DNA of 64,000 bases from Alphaproteobacteria bacterium UBA830 (GCA_002295635.1 DBHK01000017.1:25396-89395), one strand, 5' to 3'; shown: positions 1-11,045, counted from the stretch's first letter. Notes: generated by a model from the letters alone, not told the origin. Made by a program: numbers and translations.

Positions 1-233
1 CCAAGCTGATATCGGCGGCACTAAAATGGTTATCGACGCCACGAAAAAATGGGACTACCCCGCAGTCTCACTGCCGCCACTAGAAAAGATGCGGGAAGTC
101 GCCGAAAACTGGGACGCATATGACTTACCCGAACTAGACGAACTAAAGCTCCCGCGGGAAGGATAACACCAGTTTTCTCGGCCGTTTCTTTTCTTAAACC
201 GGTTATCACCTGCGGGAAAATGACAAAACATAA

Positions 234-1010
234 TCAGGGCACTGATTGCAAAAATGCTGTGACCGTCTTGATAAATGCCTCAGACTGGTCCGCATGAACC
301 CAATGGGAAGCATCCCTGATCGTGACTGTAAAAGCCTCTGGAAACAGCTCGCGAATGCGACTTCGATGATTCACCCTGATATATACGGAGTGCTCCCCGG
401 CTATGAACGCCGTCGGCCCGCCATACCAGGTGCAATCTGGCACTGGGAACTCCGAGATACTGCTCATCTCGGCAGATATCGCCGGTAAATTTATCCGCCA
501 ATGGAACTCGCCGTTAACGCGCTCCAAGTTGGTCATCAAAAACGCCGCAATATCAGCATCCCCGATCTCTTCACGCAGCTTGTCTTCCAACTCCGCCCTA
601 TTCTGTTTACCCGACAGATCGAGTACCTGCATTGCGACGATGTAGTCCATCATGTCGTGGCGGTACGTCACTGGCGCGATGTCAACAACGATCAGGCCTC
701 TGAGTAAATCGGTCTGGTCCAGCGCTAGCCGCATTGCGACCTTGCCTCCCATCGAATGACCCATAACGATCGGATCGACGATACCGTGGGCGGCAATGAA
801 CCTCCCCACATCTTGAGCCATTTCGTCATAGGCCATGGTGGGAGCATGCGGTGATGCACCATGATTGCGGAGATCAAGAACATAAACACGTCGGGTTTCC
901 GAAAGTGAGCGCGCGATGCCGGCCCAGTTGCGGGCGCAACCGAACAGCCCATGTAGCACTATTAATGGTGGACCATCTTTCCCGTATTCATTGAAAGCTA
1001 GATCTAGCAT
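234..1010 (-). CDS. alpha/beta-fold hydrolase (esterase family)
   Basis: 258-aa ORF; HGLFG oxyanion-hole region near N-terminus and GHSMGG nucleophile elbow (G-x-S-x-G). Confidence 0.7.
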   Translation of the reverse strand: MLDLAFNEYGKDGPPLIVLHGLFGCARNWAGIARSLSETRRVYVLDLRNHGASPHAPTMAYDEMAQDVGRFIAAHGIVDPIVMGHSMGGKVAMRLALDQTDLLRGLIVVDIAPVTYRHDMMDYIVAMQVLDLSGKQNRAELEDKLREEIGDADIAAFLMTNLERVNGEFHWRINLPAISAEMSSISEFPVPDCTWYGGPTAFIAGEHSVYIRVNHRSRIRELFPEAFTVTIRDASHWVHADQSEAFIKTVTAFLQSVP

Positions 1011-1059
1011 TGGGTCGACGTATCACAGTTAATGCCACTCGTCATAGCCCAACCCTCTG

Positions 1060-1848
1060 CTAATTCATGACCTCACCTCCGTCGATTGTCATAATGTGTC
1101 CGGTAATGTAACTCGCACCGGGGGATAGCAAAAAAACAATTCCTGCAGCAATCTCGTTCGCGGTGCCCAAGCGGGACAAAGGAATGACGGTAGAACGCTG
1201 AGACATCTTTTCGACTATCTCGTCTTCGGCTAAGTCACCCCGCCACAATGGTGTATCGATAGGTCCCGGCGCCACAGCATTCACCCGGATGCCAAGCGGT
1301 GATTTTTCGCGCGCTAGGGATTTTGTATAAGCGAGTATGGCACCCTTAGCTGCGGAATAATGTGCGGTCAGCGACTGGCCACGTACCGCATGGATAGATG
1401 TTACGTTGACGATCGCACCTGCCTTGCGCTTCTGCATTCCTGGCAAAACCATTCGGGTGACCGAGTGCATACCGAACACGTGCACACGGAACATAGTCTC
1501 AAAGTCCGTGTCCGAAATATCTTCCGCGTTCGCCCACTGAAAGATGCCAGCCGTATTGACAAGATATCGGATTGGTCCAAGGACCTCCTCTGCCGCCTCA
1601 ACGCATGATATAACTTGGTGCGGGTCGGTGACGTCTAGGGTTAGTGGTTCCGCAGTCCCTCCGGCGGAAATGATCTTTTCAGCAACCGCCTCCGAGAGGC
1701 TCGAATCGCAATCCGCCACCGCAACCTTCACGCCGTTTGCGGCCAGATGCACAGCGGTTGCTCCGCCGATCCCGCCGCCACCAGTAATAAAAGCGACACC
1801 GTCCGTCGGGTGATTGCCGACAATCTCACTCATCTCACACCGCCCCAT
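1060..1848 (-). CDS. SDR family NAD(P)-dependent oxidoreductase
   Basis: 262 aa; TGGGGGIGG glycine-rich Rossmann motif; catalytic YSAAK (YxxxK) region. Confidence 0.75.
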   Translation of the reverse strand: MGRCEMSEIVGNHPTDGVAFITGGGGIGGATAVHLAANGVKVAVADCDSSLSEAVAEKIISAGGTAEPLTLDVTDPHQVISCVEAAEEVLGPIRYLVNTAGIFQWANAEDISDTDFETMFRVHVFGMHSVTRMVLPGMQKRKAGAIVNVTSIHAVRGQSLTAHYSAAKGAILAYTKSLAREKSPLGIRVNAVAPGPIDTPLWRGDLAEDEIVEKMSQRSTVIPLSRLGTANEIAAGIVFLLSPGASYITGHIMTIDGGEVMN

Positions 1849-2092
1849 ACGATGTTTTTGCCATTTCTTGAGGCTTTTGATCGACGAAGGTACAATTTGA
1901 AGGAAATATTGTCAGGCGCTGGTTTTCTATAGATTTGGTCAATTTAACGATATCCCCGTATTTCTCCATCTTCGCAGCCGCGCGAAGCCGCATCGATATT
2001 TGGCATATTTTCCCCCTTCTCCCTTGGATTAATCCGACTTCTTTACACTAACGCTACGAATGCACCTAACCTTCGTCAATCCCTATAGTAAG

Positions 2093-2127
2093 ATAAAAAG
2101 CTGGCCGGGCTCTCGGAATCCGGCCGT
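2093..2127 (-). terminator. candidate intrinsic terminator-like hairpin (GGCCGGG..CCGGCC flanked by A/T runs)
   Basis: Plus strand reads AAAAAG-GGCCGGGCTCTCGGAATCCGGCC-GTTTCGTC; on the minus strand the hairpin is followed by AGCTTTTT; what it would terminate is unclear. Confidence 0.2.
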
Positions 2128-2168
2128 TTCGTCAATCTATATCCTGATTAAAGCGAATGGAGGTTAAC

Positions 2169-2879
2169 ATGACGACATATCTTCTGGTGCACGGAGCATG
2201 GCATGGGGGTTGGTGCTGGAAACGGGTCACAAAACTTTTGCGCGACGCAGGCCATAATGTTTTTACCCCTACGCTTACCGGGCTCGGTGAACGTGCACAC
2301 CTTGCCACTCCCGATATTGATATTGAATGCCATATCAACGACGTACTCGGTGTTATTGAAGCAGAAGAACTCGATAGTATCGTCCTTTGTGGCCACTCCT
2401 ACGGTGGTCAAGTAATTAGCGCTGTCCTAGACCGACAAGTGGGTAAATTCTCCGCTGCTATATGGCTTGATGCGTTCGTACCTCAAGATGGTGATTGCCT
2501 AATGGACGGCTGGCCGCCAGAGCGTATTCAACTTACTCGTGAGCAAGTGTCTAAAACCGGAGAAGGTTGGAAGGTTAATCCTATGTCGCCCGCTTATTTT
2601 GGCGTGATGGATCCACAAGATGCCGACTGGGTACAACGACGTTGCGTTCCACAGCCCATCAAAACTTTTTCTCAACCGATCCGTCTAACGGGTGATTGGA
2701 AATATGTGCCTAAGAAACTGTACCTACTCGCTGAATACCACCCAAATAGCAACTTTGATCGGTTCGCGACGCCACTGAGCCACGAGCCCGACTGGGACGT
2801 CCGACCAATCCCATCGGGCCATGACGTGATGATTGATAGGCCGGATTTGCTGGCAGAGATTTTGCTAGAATTCGGCTAA
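2169..2879 (+). CDS. alpha/beta hydrolase, methylesterase/SABP2-like
   Basis: GGAGG about 7 nt upstream of ATG at 2169 (the ORF-track start at 2157 is probably too early); HGAWHGGWCW N-terminal motif and GHSYGG nucleophile elbow. Confidence 0.65.
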   Translation: MTTYLLVHGAWHGGWCWKRVTKLLRDAGHNVFTPTLTGLGERAHLATPDIDIECHINDVLGVIEAEELDSIVLCGHSYGGQVISAVLDRQVGKFSAAIWLDAFVPQDGDCLMDGWPPERIQLTREQVSKTGEGWKVNPMSPAYFGVMDPQDADWVQRRCVPQPIKTFSQPIRLTGDWKYVPKKLYLLAEYHPNSNFDRFATPLSHEPDWDVRPIPSGHDVMIDRPDLLAEILLEFG

Positions 2880-3661
2880 ACGGGAATACAATAGTAGTTT
2901 ATTGGGAAACCCGCTTCTGCCCTTGCGGCGTAATTGAACGGCGGTTTGACTGATCCACGAAAATGTTTTTTCACTAACCGTCTCCATGTGACTTCCGGCT
3001 CGTCTTCGCAGAAATATTCAAACCATTTGCAACCTATCGCGACGTGGCCAATCTCTTCGCGGTAAATCACCTCTAGTACGCTAACCGAATCCGTGTCGCC
3101 CGCTTTAGAAAGGCTAGCGATAATTTGCGGGGTGACATCGAGACCGCGCGCCTCCAGCACCAGCGGCACTATGGCGAGGCGCGCCAGCGGGTTCTTTGCC
3201 GTATCCTGTGCCACCTGCCAGAGACCATCATGGGCAGGAAGATCACCATAGGCCACACCCAAATCGGCAAGGCGTTTAGACAACAGTAAGAAATGCTTCG
3301 CCTCATCGTCAAGCACGCTGAGCCAGTCGTTATAAAAGTTGAGCGGCGCGTTCAGGTCCGGAAATCGCACCAGAATATCGGCGGCGAGATCAACAGCGTT
3401 GAGTTCGATATGGGCGATAGCATGCAGCAGCGCGATACGGCCCGCTTCGGTCTGCGCCTTACCGCGCCTCGGCATATCGCGCGGCATCAAAAGATCCGGC
3501 TTCATAGGCCTTTGTGGTCGATCGCGGGGTACAGCGCGTCCTATCTCAGGGATAACCCCAGACCGCCAATCGGAGGCTACGGCCCGCGCAGCCATCGCCT
3601 TAGCCGCCGCATCCCCAGTACCAAGGACGCCGACAACGCGGTCCGATAGGGTCTGTGTCAT
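2876..3661 (-). CDS. ferritin-like DUF455 family protein
   Basis: 261-aa ORF with ferritin-like helix signature (ALLHAIAHIELNAVDLAADIL); family assignment from memory. Confidence 0.45.
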   Translation of the reverse strand: MTQTLSDRVVGVLGTGDAAAKAMAARAVASDWRSGVIPEIGRAVPRDRPQRPMKPDLLMPRDMPRRGKAQTEAGRIALLHAIAHIELNAVDLAADILVRFPDLNAPLNFYNDWLSVLDDEAKHFLLLSKRLADLGVAYGDLPAHDGLWQVAQDTAKNPLARLAIVPLVLEARGLDVTPQIIASLSKAGDTDSVSVLEVIYREEIGHVAIGCKWFEYFCEDEPEVTWRRLVKKHFRGSVKPPFNYAARAEAGFPINYYCIPV

Positions 3662-3674
3662 CGAGGTACCGTCA

Positions 3675-4139
3675 CTAGGCCCGGGCTGCGTCTAGCACCA
3701 TTTCGACGTGACCTTTTACGCGCAGATTCGACCATATTTCGACAATCTTTCCTTTTTCATCAATTAGGAAGGTGGACCGGACGATCCCCATATATTCGCG
3801 GCCATAGTTCATTTTCTTCTGCCAGACGCCGTATGCCGAGCAGATTTTACCGTCCTCGTCGCTGATAAGCATAAATGGTAGATCGTACTTAGCCTTGAAG
3901 TTTTCATGACGCTTGATGCTATCTTTCGACACACCTAGGATTACGGTGTTCGCTTTTTCAAACTCCTTGCTCGCGTCGCGAAACCCCTCGGCCTCAGCCG
4001 TGCAACCGGGAGTCATATCCCTCGGATAAAAATAGAGAACAACCTTTTTACCCTTCAGTTCCCTCAATTCGATCTTATTGCCGCCGTCCGTCATGCCGTC
4101 GAACGCCGGTGCCGTGTCTCCTTTTCTCAGGATCCTCAT
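3675..4139 (-). CDS. bcp: thioredoxin-dependent thiol peroxidase (peroxiredoxin Bcp)
   Basis: 154 aa; FYPRDMTPGCTAEA peroxidatic Cys motif typical of Bcp/PrxQ. Confidence 0.8.
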   Translation of the reverse strand: MRILRKGDTAPAFDGMTDGGNKIELRELKGKKVVLYFYPRDMTPGCTAEAEGFRDASKEFEKANTVILGVSKDSIKRHENFKAKYDLPFMLISDEDGKICSAYGVWQKKMNYGREYMGIVRSTFLIDEKGKIVEIWSNLRVKGHVEMVLDAARA

Positions 4140-4819
4140 TTCATCTTCATGAATGTCTCAAGAACCGCCTGCCGTGACGTTGCTGCCACAGCGGCATGGT
4201 AACCATCCTTGTAGGGCATAGAAAAATTATGACCGCAGCCGTTATGGGAGACGATCTCGGCATCCGGATGATCTGCGTAGGCGGCAGAGATTTGGTCGAC
4301 AACCTCCGGCGGAACGACCGGATCTTCAGCGCCAAAATGAAAACTGACCGGACAGTCCAACGGCGGCATCAGACTGAGTTCTTGATCTATAAGCGTACCG
4401 TGAAACGCCCCCGCCGCATCCGCGCCAAGGCGTGAGACCGCGTGTTGGGCATATCGCCCGCCGAAACAAAAACCCAACACGCCAACCTTACCGTTGCAGC
4501 GCGGGTGGGCCCGCAGGGCATTCAACAAATCCTCGACATCTTTATATCCCTGTTCGGAATCGAACACCTTGTAGCGGTTGAAGGCCTTTTCCATGTCAGC
4601 CGTCGGACCCGGCATGACGCGCCAAAAAATATCCGGCACCGACACGATAAAGCCGTCCGCCGCCCAGGCGTCGCTCAGCTCTTTCATCTCGTCATCGATG
4701 CCGAAAATCGCGGTGATCAGCAGGATTCCGGGAATCTTGCCATCATAACTCGGCTCCGCCATATAGCCTGATAATATCTCGTTATTCCGCGTCGTATAGG
4801 TGATGTCCTTGGAAGGCAT
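4136..4819 (-). CDS. dienelactone hydrolase family protein
   Basis: 227 aa; GFCFGG nucleophile motif (Cys-type elbow) typical of DLH family; 4-nt overlap with bcp suggests an operon. Confidence 0.6.
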   Translation of the reverse strand: MPSKDITYTTRNNEILSGYMAEPSYDGKIPGILLITAIFGIDDEMKELSDAWAADGFIVSVPDIFWRVMPGPTADMEKAFNRYKVFDSEQGYKDVEDLLNALRAHPRCNGKVGVLGFCFGGRYAQHAVSRLGADAAGAFHGTLIDQELSLMPPLDCPVSFHFGAEDPVVPPEVVDQISAAYADHPDAEIVSHNGCGHNFSMPYKDGYHAAVAATSRQAVLETFMKMK

Positions 4820-4843
4820 TCTGGGCTCCCTTACCGGTTATAG

Positions 4844-7807
4844 TCAGTCGTTCTCAATCGTTTCGAAAAACGTTTCGAAATGCGCGGCGCTTTTGGCCGC
4901 GGTAGATATCATTGTTTCCGTAAGAGCCCTGAAGTTAGCCGCCCCGCAGGCCCGCGTGACGACGCGCTTTAGCGCTACCGCAGCACCGTCTTCCGTGAAT
5001 TCTCCATCAACGGTCAGCCGAAGAATACCCTGAAAGTTGCGCCACAGGATGGTCGCGGCTACTAGGTCCGTGGCGATATCGTTGGAGATGAAACCCTTCT
5101 TACCCGCAACGGTGATCGCCGAGGCCGTATCTCCGGCCAGTATTTCCGGCACCTCCGCTGCATGCCGCAATTGCAGGTACTGCGCGATGAATTCAATATC
5201 CACCATCCCGCCGGGTATATGTTTTACTGACCAGATATCCTCAGTACCATGCTCATTCCGTATACGATCCCTCATTCTACGGACCTGACCGGCAAGATTA
5301 ACATGGTCCCGTTCTGCCGTAAGCACGGATTTTACCACGTCATTCAACCTTTCCCTCAAGCCGCCTTCAGCGCTGATGACACGCGCCCGCGTCAATGCCT
5401 GATGTTCCCAAGTCCAAGCATCTGTCTCCTGATACTTAGTGAACGCTTCGAGCGACGAAGCGATCGGTCCCGCATTTCCAGCAGGACGCAGGCGCATATC
5501 TACTTCATACAACCGCCCCTCCCCCGTGGGGGCGGAGACCGCCCCGATGAAACGCTGGCACAAACGGCTATAATACTGACCTGGCGCCAGCGGGTGTTTG
5601 CCGTCCGACTGCTCAATTTCGGCGGGACAGTCGTACACGAAAAGCAGGTCAAGGTCGGAGCCCGGCGTCATTTCGCGGCTGCCGAGCTTGCCAAAAGCGA
5701 TCACCGCAATCTTCCCGCCCGGCACCTTACCGTGCATCTCGGCAAAATTCTTCTCGATCTCCGGCAACAGGGATGTCAGACACGTATCTGCGATATCCGA
5801 CAACGGAATGGAGGCATCCACCGGAGCTAGCCGACCGCGCAGCATATGGGCGCCGATCTGGAATATGCCGTCATTGGCCCACCGTCTCTGGATATCCAAA
5901 AGATCTTGAAAATCCCGAGCCTTAGAGGTTGCTTCGGCCAGCCCCGTCATCATCTCCTCGCGTCGCGGCACGAAGTCGAAGAAATCACGGGTCAAAACGC
6001 CGTCGAGCAGAATCGGATATCGGCTGAGCCATCTGGCTAGCCGCGGCGCGGCGCCCATAATCTCGGCGACGAGATCGAAAAGGCCTGGATGCGCGCTGAA
6101 TAGCGAGAAAAGCTGTACGCCGGCGGGAAGGCCTTCGAGAAATTCGGTGAATCTTCGGAGGGCGAGATCGGGGTTTGGAGAAGAAGAGAAAGCTTCCAGA
6201 ATTGTCGGCACGAGCTCTGTTAGCAACTCACGGGCGCGAGCGCTGCGCACCGCGCGATAACGTCCAGCATGCCAAGTGCGTACGGTATTTAACACGGTCG
6301 CTGGTTCTGAAAACCCCATCTCCGACAGCGTTTTTAACGTGTCGGGATCGTCGTCCGCCCCTGTGAAAACCAGATTCCCGGGCCCACCAAGATCCGTTTC
6401 TCCCTCGAACAATGCCGCATAGTGTTGCTCGACGCATTTTAGATGCCGCAACAGATCGTCGACAAATCCCGTAAGGCCATCATACCCTAGAAATACCGCT
6501 AACGCCTTGAGCCCGTGCTCACTTTCAGGAAGTTCATGAGTCTGCCGGTCTTCAATCATCTGCAGACGGTGTTCGACGCGCCGGTGGAACCTATAGGCGT
6601 CTTTAAGGTCCGCATAGGCATCTTTAGTAACGTGCCCTGCAACAACCAGCCGTTCGATTGCCTCCAAGGTCGCACGCACCCGTAGATCGGGATCCCTACC
6701 GCCCCAAATAAGCTGTTGTGTCTGCGCGTAGAATTCGATTTCGCGTATTCCACCCCGGCCAAGCTTGATATTATGTCCAGCCACAGCGATTTTTGCACCA
6801 CCCCGATGAGCGTTGATCTGCCGCTTAATCGACTGGATATCCTGTATCGCCGCAAAATCCAGAGACCGGCGCCACATGAAAGGTTGCAGAATTTCAAGAA
6901 ACGCGAAGCCGGCTTTTTTATCACCGGCTACCGGGCGTGCCTTAACCATAGCAGCTCGTTCCCAATTCTGCCCTGTGTTTTCGTAGTACATCTCGGCAGC
7001 TAGCACCGACATCGCGGGTGGGGTGGCTCCAGGGTCGGGCCGTAAACGCAGATCAGTGCGGAATACATAACCATCCCGAGTCCGCTCCTCCATCAAAGTG
7101 ACAAGGTCCCGCGAGAGTCGCGTGAATACATATTGTAGAGCATGTTGCCCGGTATACGGTACTACGTCCTGGTCATAGAGAATGATAAGATCAATGTCGC
7201 TTGAATAATTCAGTTCGCGCGCACCGAGCTTGCCCATACCTAGAACAATCAATCCGCTATCTTTCTCAGGATCTTCAGGGTCGGGTAGAGCGAGGTCACC
7301 CTTATCGTGCATCTGTCGTAGCAGTAATTTGCAGCTTGCACCAAGTGCGGCCGCCGCAAAGTCCGAAAGCGCAATTGTAATTGCGTCCAGCGACCAAATG
7401 TTTGCTATGTCAGCCACACCTATCGATAGCGCTGCCCGTCGCTTCGCGATCCGCAAGCGGGCTTTCACCGCGTCAATTGTCTCGTCTCCGAGTTTTGAAC
7501 AATCTCTAGCTGCCGTTAGCGCGGCGGCAAATGCTACATCCGGCCCATCGATCAATAAAACACGCGCAAATTGTTGATCGGATATAAGACACTGACTAAG
7601 AAACGGGCTGTTACCGAAGATAGACGAGAGTAGTTTGTAAGTAGCCCCGTCTTCCAAAGCAGCGGCTGAAAATGCTGCAACAGCGGCGTCGTCAGCACGC
7701 TTCGTTGACTCATTCCAGCGCTCTAAATGGACGGAGAAATGATCCTCACTTGCAGCTATCGGAAGGGATTCGGCGATGAGACCCCATTTTTCGAAAAATT
7801 CTGTCAA
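4844..7807 (-). CDS. glnE: bifunctional glutamine synthetase adenylyltransferase/adenylyl-removing enzyme
   Basis: 987 aa; two nucleotidyltransferase domains (GKLGARELNYSSDIDLI and GKLGSREMTPGSDLDLLFVYD). Confidence 0.9.
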   Translation of the reverse strand: MTEFFEKWGLIAESLPIAASEDHFSVHLERWNESTKRADDAAVAAFSAAALEDGATYKLLSSIFGNSPFLSQCLISDQQFARVLLIDGPDVAFAAALTAARDCSKLGDETIDAVKARLRIAKRRAALSIGVADIANIWSLDAITIALSDFAAAALGASCKLLLRQMHDKGDLALPDPEDPEKDSGLIVLGMGKLGARELNYSSDIDLIILYDQDVVPYTGQHALQYVFTRLSRDLVTLMEERTRDGYVFRTDLRLRPDPGATPPAMSVLAAEMYYENTGQNWERAAMVKARPVAGDKKAGFAFLEILQPFMWRRSLDFAAIQDIQSIKRQINAHRGGAKIAVAGHNIKLGRGGIREIEFYAQTQQLIWGGRDPDLRVRATLEAIERLVVAGHVTKDAYADLKDAYRFHRRVEHRLQMIEDRQTHELPESEHGLKALAVFLGYDGLTGFVDDLLRHLKCVEQHYAALFEGETDLGGPGNLVFTGADDDPDTLKTLSEMGFSEPATVLNTVRTWHAGRYRAVRSARARELLTELVPTILEAFSSSPNPDLALRRFTEFLEGLPAGVQLFSLFSAHPGLFDLVAEIMGAAPRLARWLSRYPILLDGVLTRDFFDFVPRREEMMTGLAEATSKARDFQDLLDIQRRWANDGIFQIGAHMLRGRLAPVDASIPLSDIADTCLTSLLPEIEKNFAEMHGKVPGGKIAVIAFGKLGSREMTPGSDLDLLFVYDCPAEIEQSDGKHPLAPGQYYSRLCQRFIGAVSAPTGEGRLYEVDMRLRPAGNAGPIASSLEAFTKYQETDAWTWEHQALTRARVISAEGGLRERLNDVVKSVLTAERDHVNLAGQVRRMRDRIRNEHGTEDIWSVKHIPGGMVDIEFIAQYLQLRHAAEVPEILAGDTASAITVAGKKGFISNDIATDLVAATILWRNFQGILRLTVDGEFTEDGAAVALKRVVTRACGAANFRALTETMISTAAKSAAHFETFFETIEND

Positions 7808-7898
7808 TTACCCCGTTCCAAAGAGGATTGGATTATCGCACACTGCGGGTTGGACGTTTATAGGTCAAGATTAGTCTGAATTCAGCTATTCTCCATGC

Positions 7899-10800
7899 AT
7901 GCTTCGTAAGATATCCATCATTTTCCTAGAAGTATCTCTAGGACTCGCAGTAGTACTCGGGATTCTCGGGGCGGTTTCTGCGTGGCGTTTATCACAGGGG
8001 CCGGTCTCGATAAAGTTTTTGCTTCCCTACGTAGGGGATATATTGTACCGCACCGAAAGCCCTGTCGGGGTAGACCTCGATGACTTAATAGTTACCTGGG
8101 CCGGCTGGGACCGGGCATTGGATCTCCGGGCGCTGAGAGTAAAGGTCAATTCAAAAAACACCGGACAGCGTTTGACCTACATTCGAGAGGTATCCGTCAC
8201 TCTGAGCGCACATGCGCTGATTCGAGGGAAAATAGCCCCTACTAATCTTGAGATTATTCGTCCGTTTATCCGACTTTCTCGGGAGAAGGACGGGAACCTG
8301 CGTTTTGGTATGGGAGAGCTCACTAGCACATCGGAGGATGTAAATGGGGGGCTATTGGCTGAGTTATTGGACCAACTGTCCGAACCATACCATAACAAAG
8401 ATAGTATCGAATATCTCAAACGGATCAGCGTAATTGGCGCCGCCCTTAGCGTCGAAGACCGGAAAATGGACATTAACTGGGGCGCCGAACACGCCGATAT
8501 CTCCTTAGAACTAGTACCTTCCGGAATTCGCGCATCCTTCGATCTGGCCACCGATTTCAGGACATTTAAACCTGAACTTATTGGTGAAGCACATTACGAC
8601 CGCATCAAACAGACGATTGATATCTCGACGCGCTTTAAAAATTTAATAACTCATAAGCTCGCAGATCGCTTCGAGGTTTTCGATGTGCTCCAGCCATTGG
8701 ACGCCATATTTTCCGGCGAAATCAGGGCCCGCGTGGGGCTTGAAGGTAGAGTCGAGCGTGCAGAATTTGAACTCAAATCGGCCAGCGGCTCCATCAGGAT
8801 TCCCGGCATCGACGCTCCACCTATCACATTTAGGAAAATTACGGCAGAAGGCCACCTCGGTAGAACTCCTGATCAACTTCACATCACAAATCTAAGTGCG
8901 GAGTTCGCCGATGCAACTGCCGAACTTAAGGGCCTTATCACGCGGATGGACGAGATCGCCACGGTAGATGCTTTTATACAGATACCAACCTTTCCAATTA
9001 ATGCGTTAGAGAAATTCTGGCTTCCCGGCATTAGCGTAAACGCCCGCAACTGGGTGACTAAGAATGTGCGAAACGGGTTGATCAAAGGAGCTTCGACCAG
9101 CCTTTCGGCACAGATCGACCTTGCTGGCGAGGATATTGGGGATGTCGATTTGAAATCGATTAATGGTCAGCTTACGATCGAAGATGCGACCATCGATTAC
9201 CTTTCCCCAATGCCGCCGATAACCAATGCCGCAGCCTCCGCCACTTTCAACAATAAACGATTAAATTTTAAAATACATCGCGGACACAGCGGTGAACTCA
9301 CTATCGAGGACGGTACTGTAGATATAAGCGATATCGGCACCCAATCCGTGGCGACGGATATATCCGGTCTTGTGCGTGGGCCTGTCAAATCAGCACTCGA
9401 CATGATCGCGCATCCACGGCTCAGCTTGCTCCAAAGTTTAGGGCTCACGATGGATGGGGTAGAAGGAAGACAGGCAACTCGACTAAAAATAGCGTTCCCC
9501 CTTCTAAAAGATCTGAAAGCCGAGGACGTTTTGCTCTCAGCAACATCGGATATCAGAGACCTGTCGGTCAAAAGTGCGTTCAGGGGTATGCCGATTGATA
9601 ACGGTCGCATAGCACTAACGGTTAACAATGAATCTTTGAGCGCGTCGGGAGAGGCTGTTTACGCCAATACAGCCACCAGCTTTAAATGGACTGAGGACTT
9701 CTCTGGCCGCAGGCCTATAAAGCGACGTCTTGACACTCGATTTATCGCGGGAACCCAGCAAGCGAAGCTTTTCGATATACACTTCCCGGAGATTTTCGAC
9801 GGTTCAGCACCTATACAATTAGTTTACGAGGAACGGCGGGATAATACAGCCGTGCTTTCTGCCGGCCTTGACCTCCAAGACGTCAAAATTTCATTGCCCG
9901 GTCTCGACTGGGTAAAGCTTCCGGGGCTCCCGGGAACTGCGCAAGTTTCCGCATCTCTCCGGGATGGTGCAATCATTACCGTTGATCATTTCCAGCTCGA
10001 CTCCGGCATTTTCTCGATGATAGGAGAAATCACGTTCGCGACGCGTGAAGAGAGAAAGGGTCAGGAAATCGCTACATTACGACTCAAAAAGTTTAAGCTC
10101 GGATTGACCGAATTTTCAGCAAACATCCAGAAGGAGGACCCCGAAGGTTACTCAATCGCAGTTAACGGTCGCGGTTTGGATGCATCACCCTTCCTTCGCA
10201 GATCCCTCAAAGACTTTCACGCTCCGAACCTGCCAAGGTTTCGACTAACCGGCAAATTTGACAAATTCTGGATTGGCTCGGATCTGCCGGCAAATAATGT
10301 TGAATTGAAGATTCGATACGATGGAAAACACTGGCAGAATATTAACCTTAGGGGAGCACTGCCTCGCGGAGGGAAGACCCTCGAATTTCGTATGCTCCCA
10401 GATGAAAGTGGACATGTGATGGCACTCTACTCCGCCGATGCAGGTCTCTTTTTAAAAGCCATGAACATTACCGATACGATCTCCGGTGGATCAATAGAGA
10501 TAGCTGGTATTCGAAAAGATGGATCCGACTCTCCCTGGACTGGAACGGCAGAAATGAAACGGTTTCGCATTGCCAACGCACCCGGTATAGCCCGACTTTT
10601 CAGTATCGCGTCATTTACAGGACTCGGTAATCTAGTGGCTGGACGAGGGATCGAATTTAAACGCTTCCGATTGCCATTCGTATTCGAAAATGATGTCGCG
10701 ATCATAAAGGGGGCGCAGGGATTTGGTTCTGAGCTGGGGGTCACTGGATCTGGTAAGATCGATTTCGGGAAATATGAGATCGATTTAAACGGGACCATGG

Positions 10801-11045
10801 TCCCAGCGTACACAATTAACAGCTTATTGGGAAAAATTCCAGTCATCGGCAATATTTTGAGCGGTGAAAAAGGAGGCGGCATCTTCGCCGCCTCATATAA
10901 GGTGTCGGGATCGATTGAAAATCCTACCATGTCAGTCAACCCGCTTTCTGCTCTAGCTCCGGGGTTCCTGCGTAAGCTTTTGGAAGGTAGAGAGGGGCTC
11001 AATGAGGGCAAAACGCCTAGCCAGGAAGAAAACCTAGAAAAATAA
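7899..11045 (+). CDS. large AsmA-family/YhdP-like (DUF3971) envelope protein
   Basis: 1048 aa; single N-terminal TM/signal anchor followed by a long beta-rich polypeptide; position next to glnE is common in alphaproteobacteria. Confidence 0.5.
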   Translation: MLRKISIIFLEVSLGLAVVLGILGAVSAWRLSQGPVSIKFLLPYVGDILYRTESPVGVDLDDLIVTWAGWDRALDLRALRVKVNSKNTGQRLTYIREVSVTLSAHALIRGKIAPTNLEIIRPFIRLSREKDGNLRFGMGELTSTSEDVNGGLLAELLDQLSEPYHNKDSIEYLKRISVIGAALSVEDRKMDINWGAEHADISLELVPSGIRASFDLATDFRTFKPELIGEAHYDRIKQTIDISTRFKNLITHKLADRFEVFDVLQPLDAIFSGEIRARVGLEGRVERAEFELKSASGSIRIPGIDAPPITFRKITAEGHLGRTPDQLHITNLSAEFADATAELKGLITRMDEIATVDAFIQIPTFPINALEKFWLPGISVNARNWVTKNVRNGLIKGASTSLSAQIDLAGEDIGDVDLKSINGQLTIEDATIDYLSPMPPITNAAASATFNNKRLNFKIHRGHSGELTIEDGTVDISDIGTQSVATDISGLVRGPVKSALDMIAHPRLSLLQSLGLTMDGVEGRQATRLKIAFPLLKDLKAEDVLLSATSDIRDLSVKSAFRGMPIDNGRIALTVNNESLSASGEAVYANTATSFKWTEDFSGRRPIKRRLDTRFIAGTQQAKLFDIHFPEIFDGSAPIQLVYEERRDNTAVLSAGLDLQDVKISLPGLDWVKLPGLPGTAQVSASLRDGAIITVDHFQLDSGIFSMIGEITFATREERKGQEIATLRLKKFKLGLTEFSANIQKEDPEGYSIAVNGRGLDASPFLRRSLKDFHAPNLPRFRLTGKFDKFWIGSDLPANNVELKIRYDGKHWQNINLRGALPRGGKTLEFRMLPDESGHVMALYSADAGLFLKAMNITDTISGGSIEIAGIRKDGSDSPWTGTAEMKRFRIANAPGIARLFSIASFTGLGNLVAGRGIEFKRFRLPFVFENDVAIIKGAQGFGSELGVTGSGKIDFGKYEIDLNGTMVPAYTINSLLGKIPVIGNILSGEKGGGIFAASYKVSGSIENPTMSVNPLSALAPGFLRKLLEGREGLNEGKTPSQEENLEK

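Noticed and set aside
5037-6040. Several plus-strand ORFs (83-193 aa) inside glnE
   Set aside because: They are antisense to the 987-aa glnE reading frame, which has clear nucleotidyltransferase motifs, and show no independent signals.
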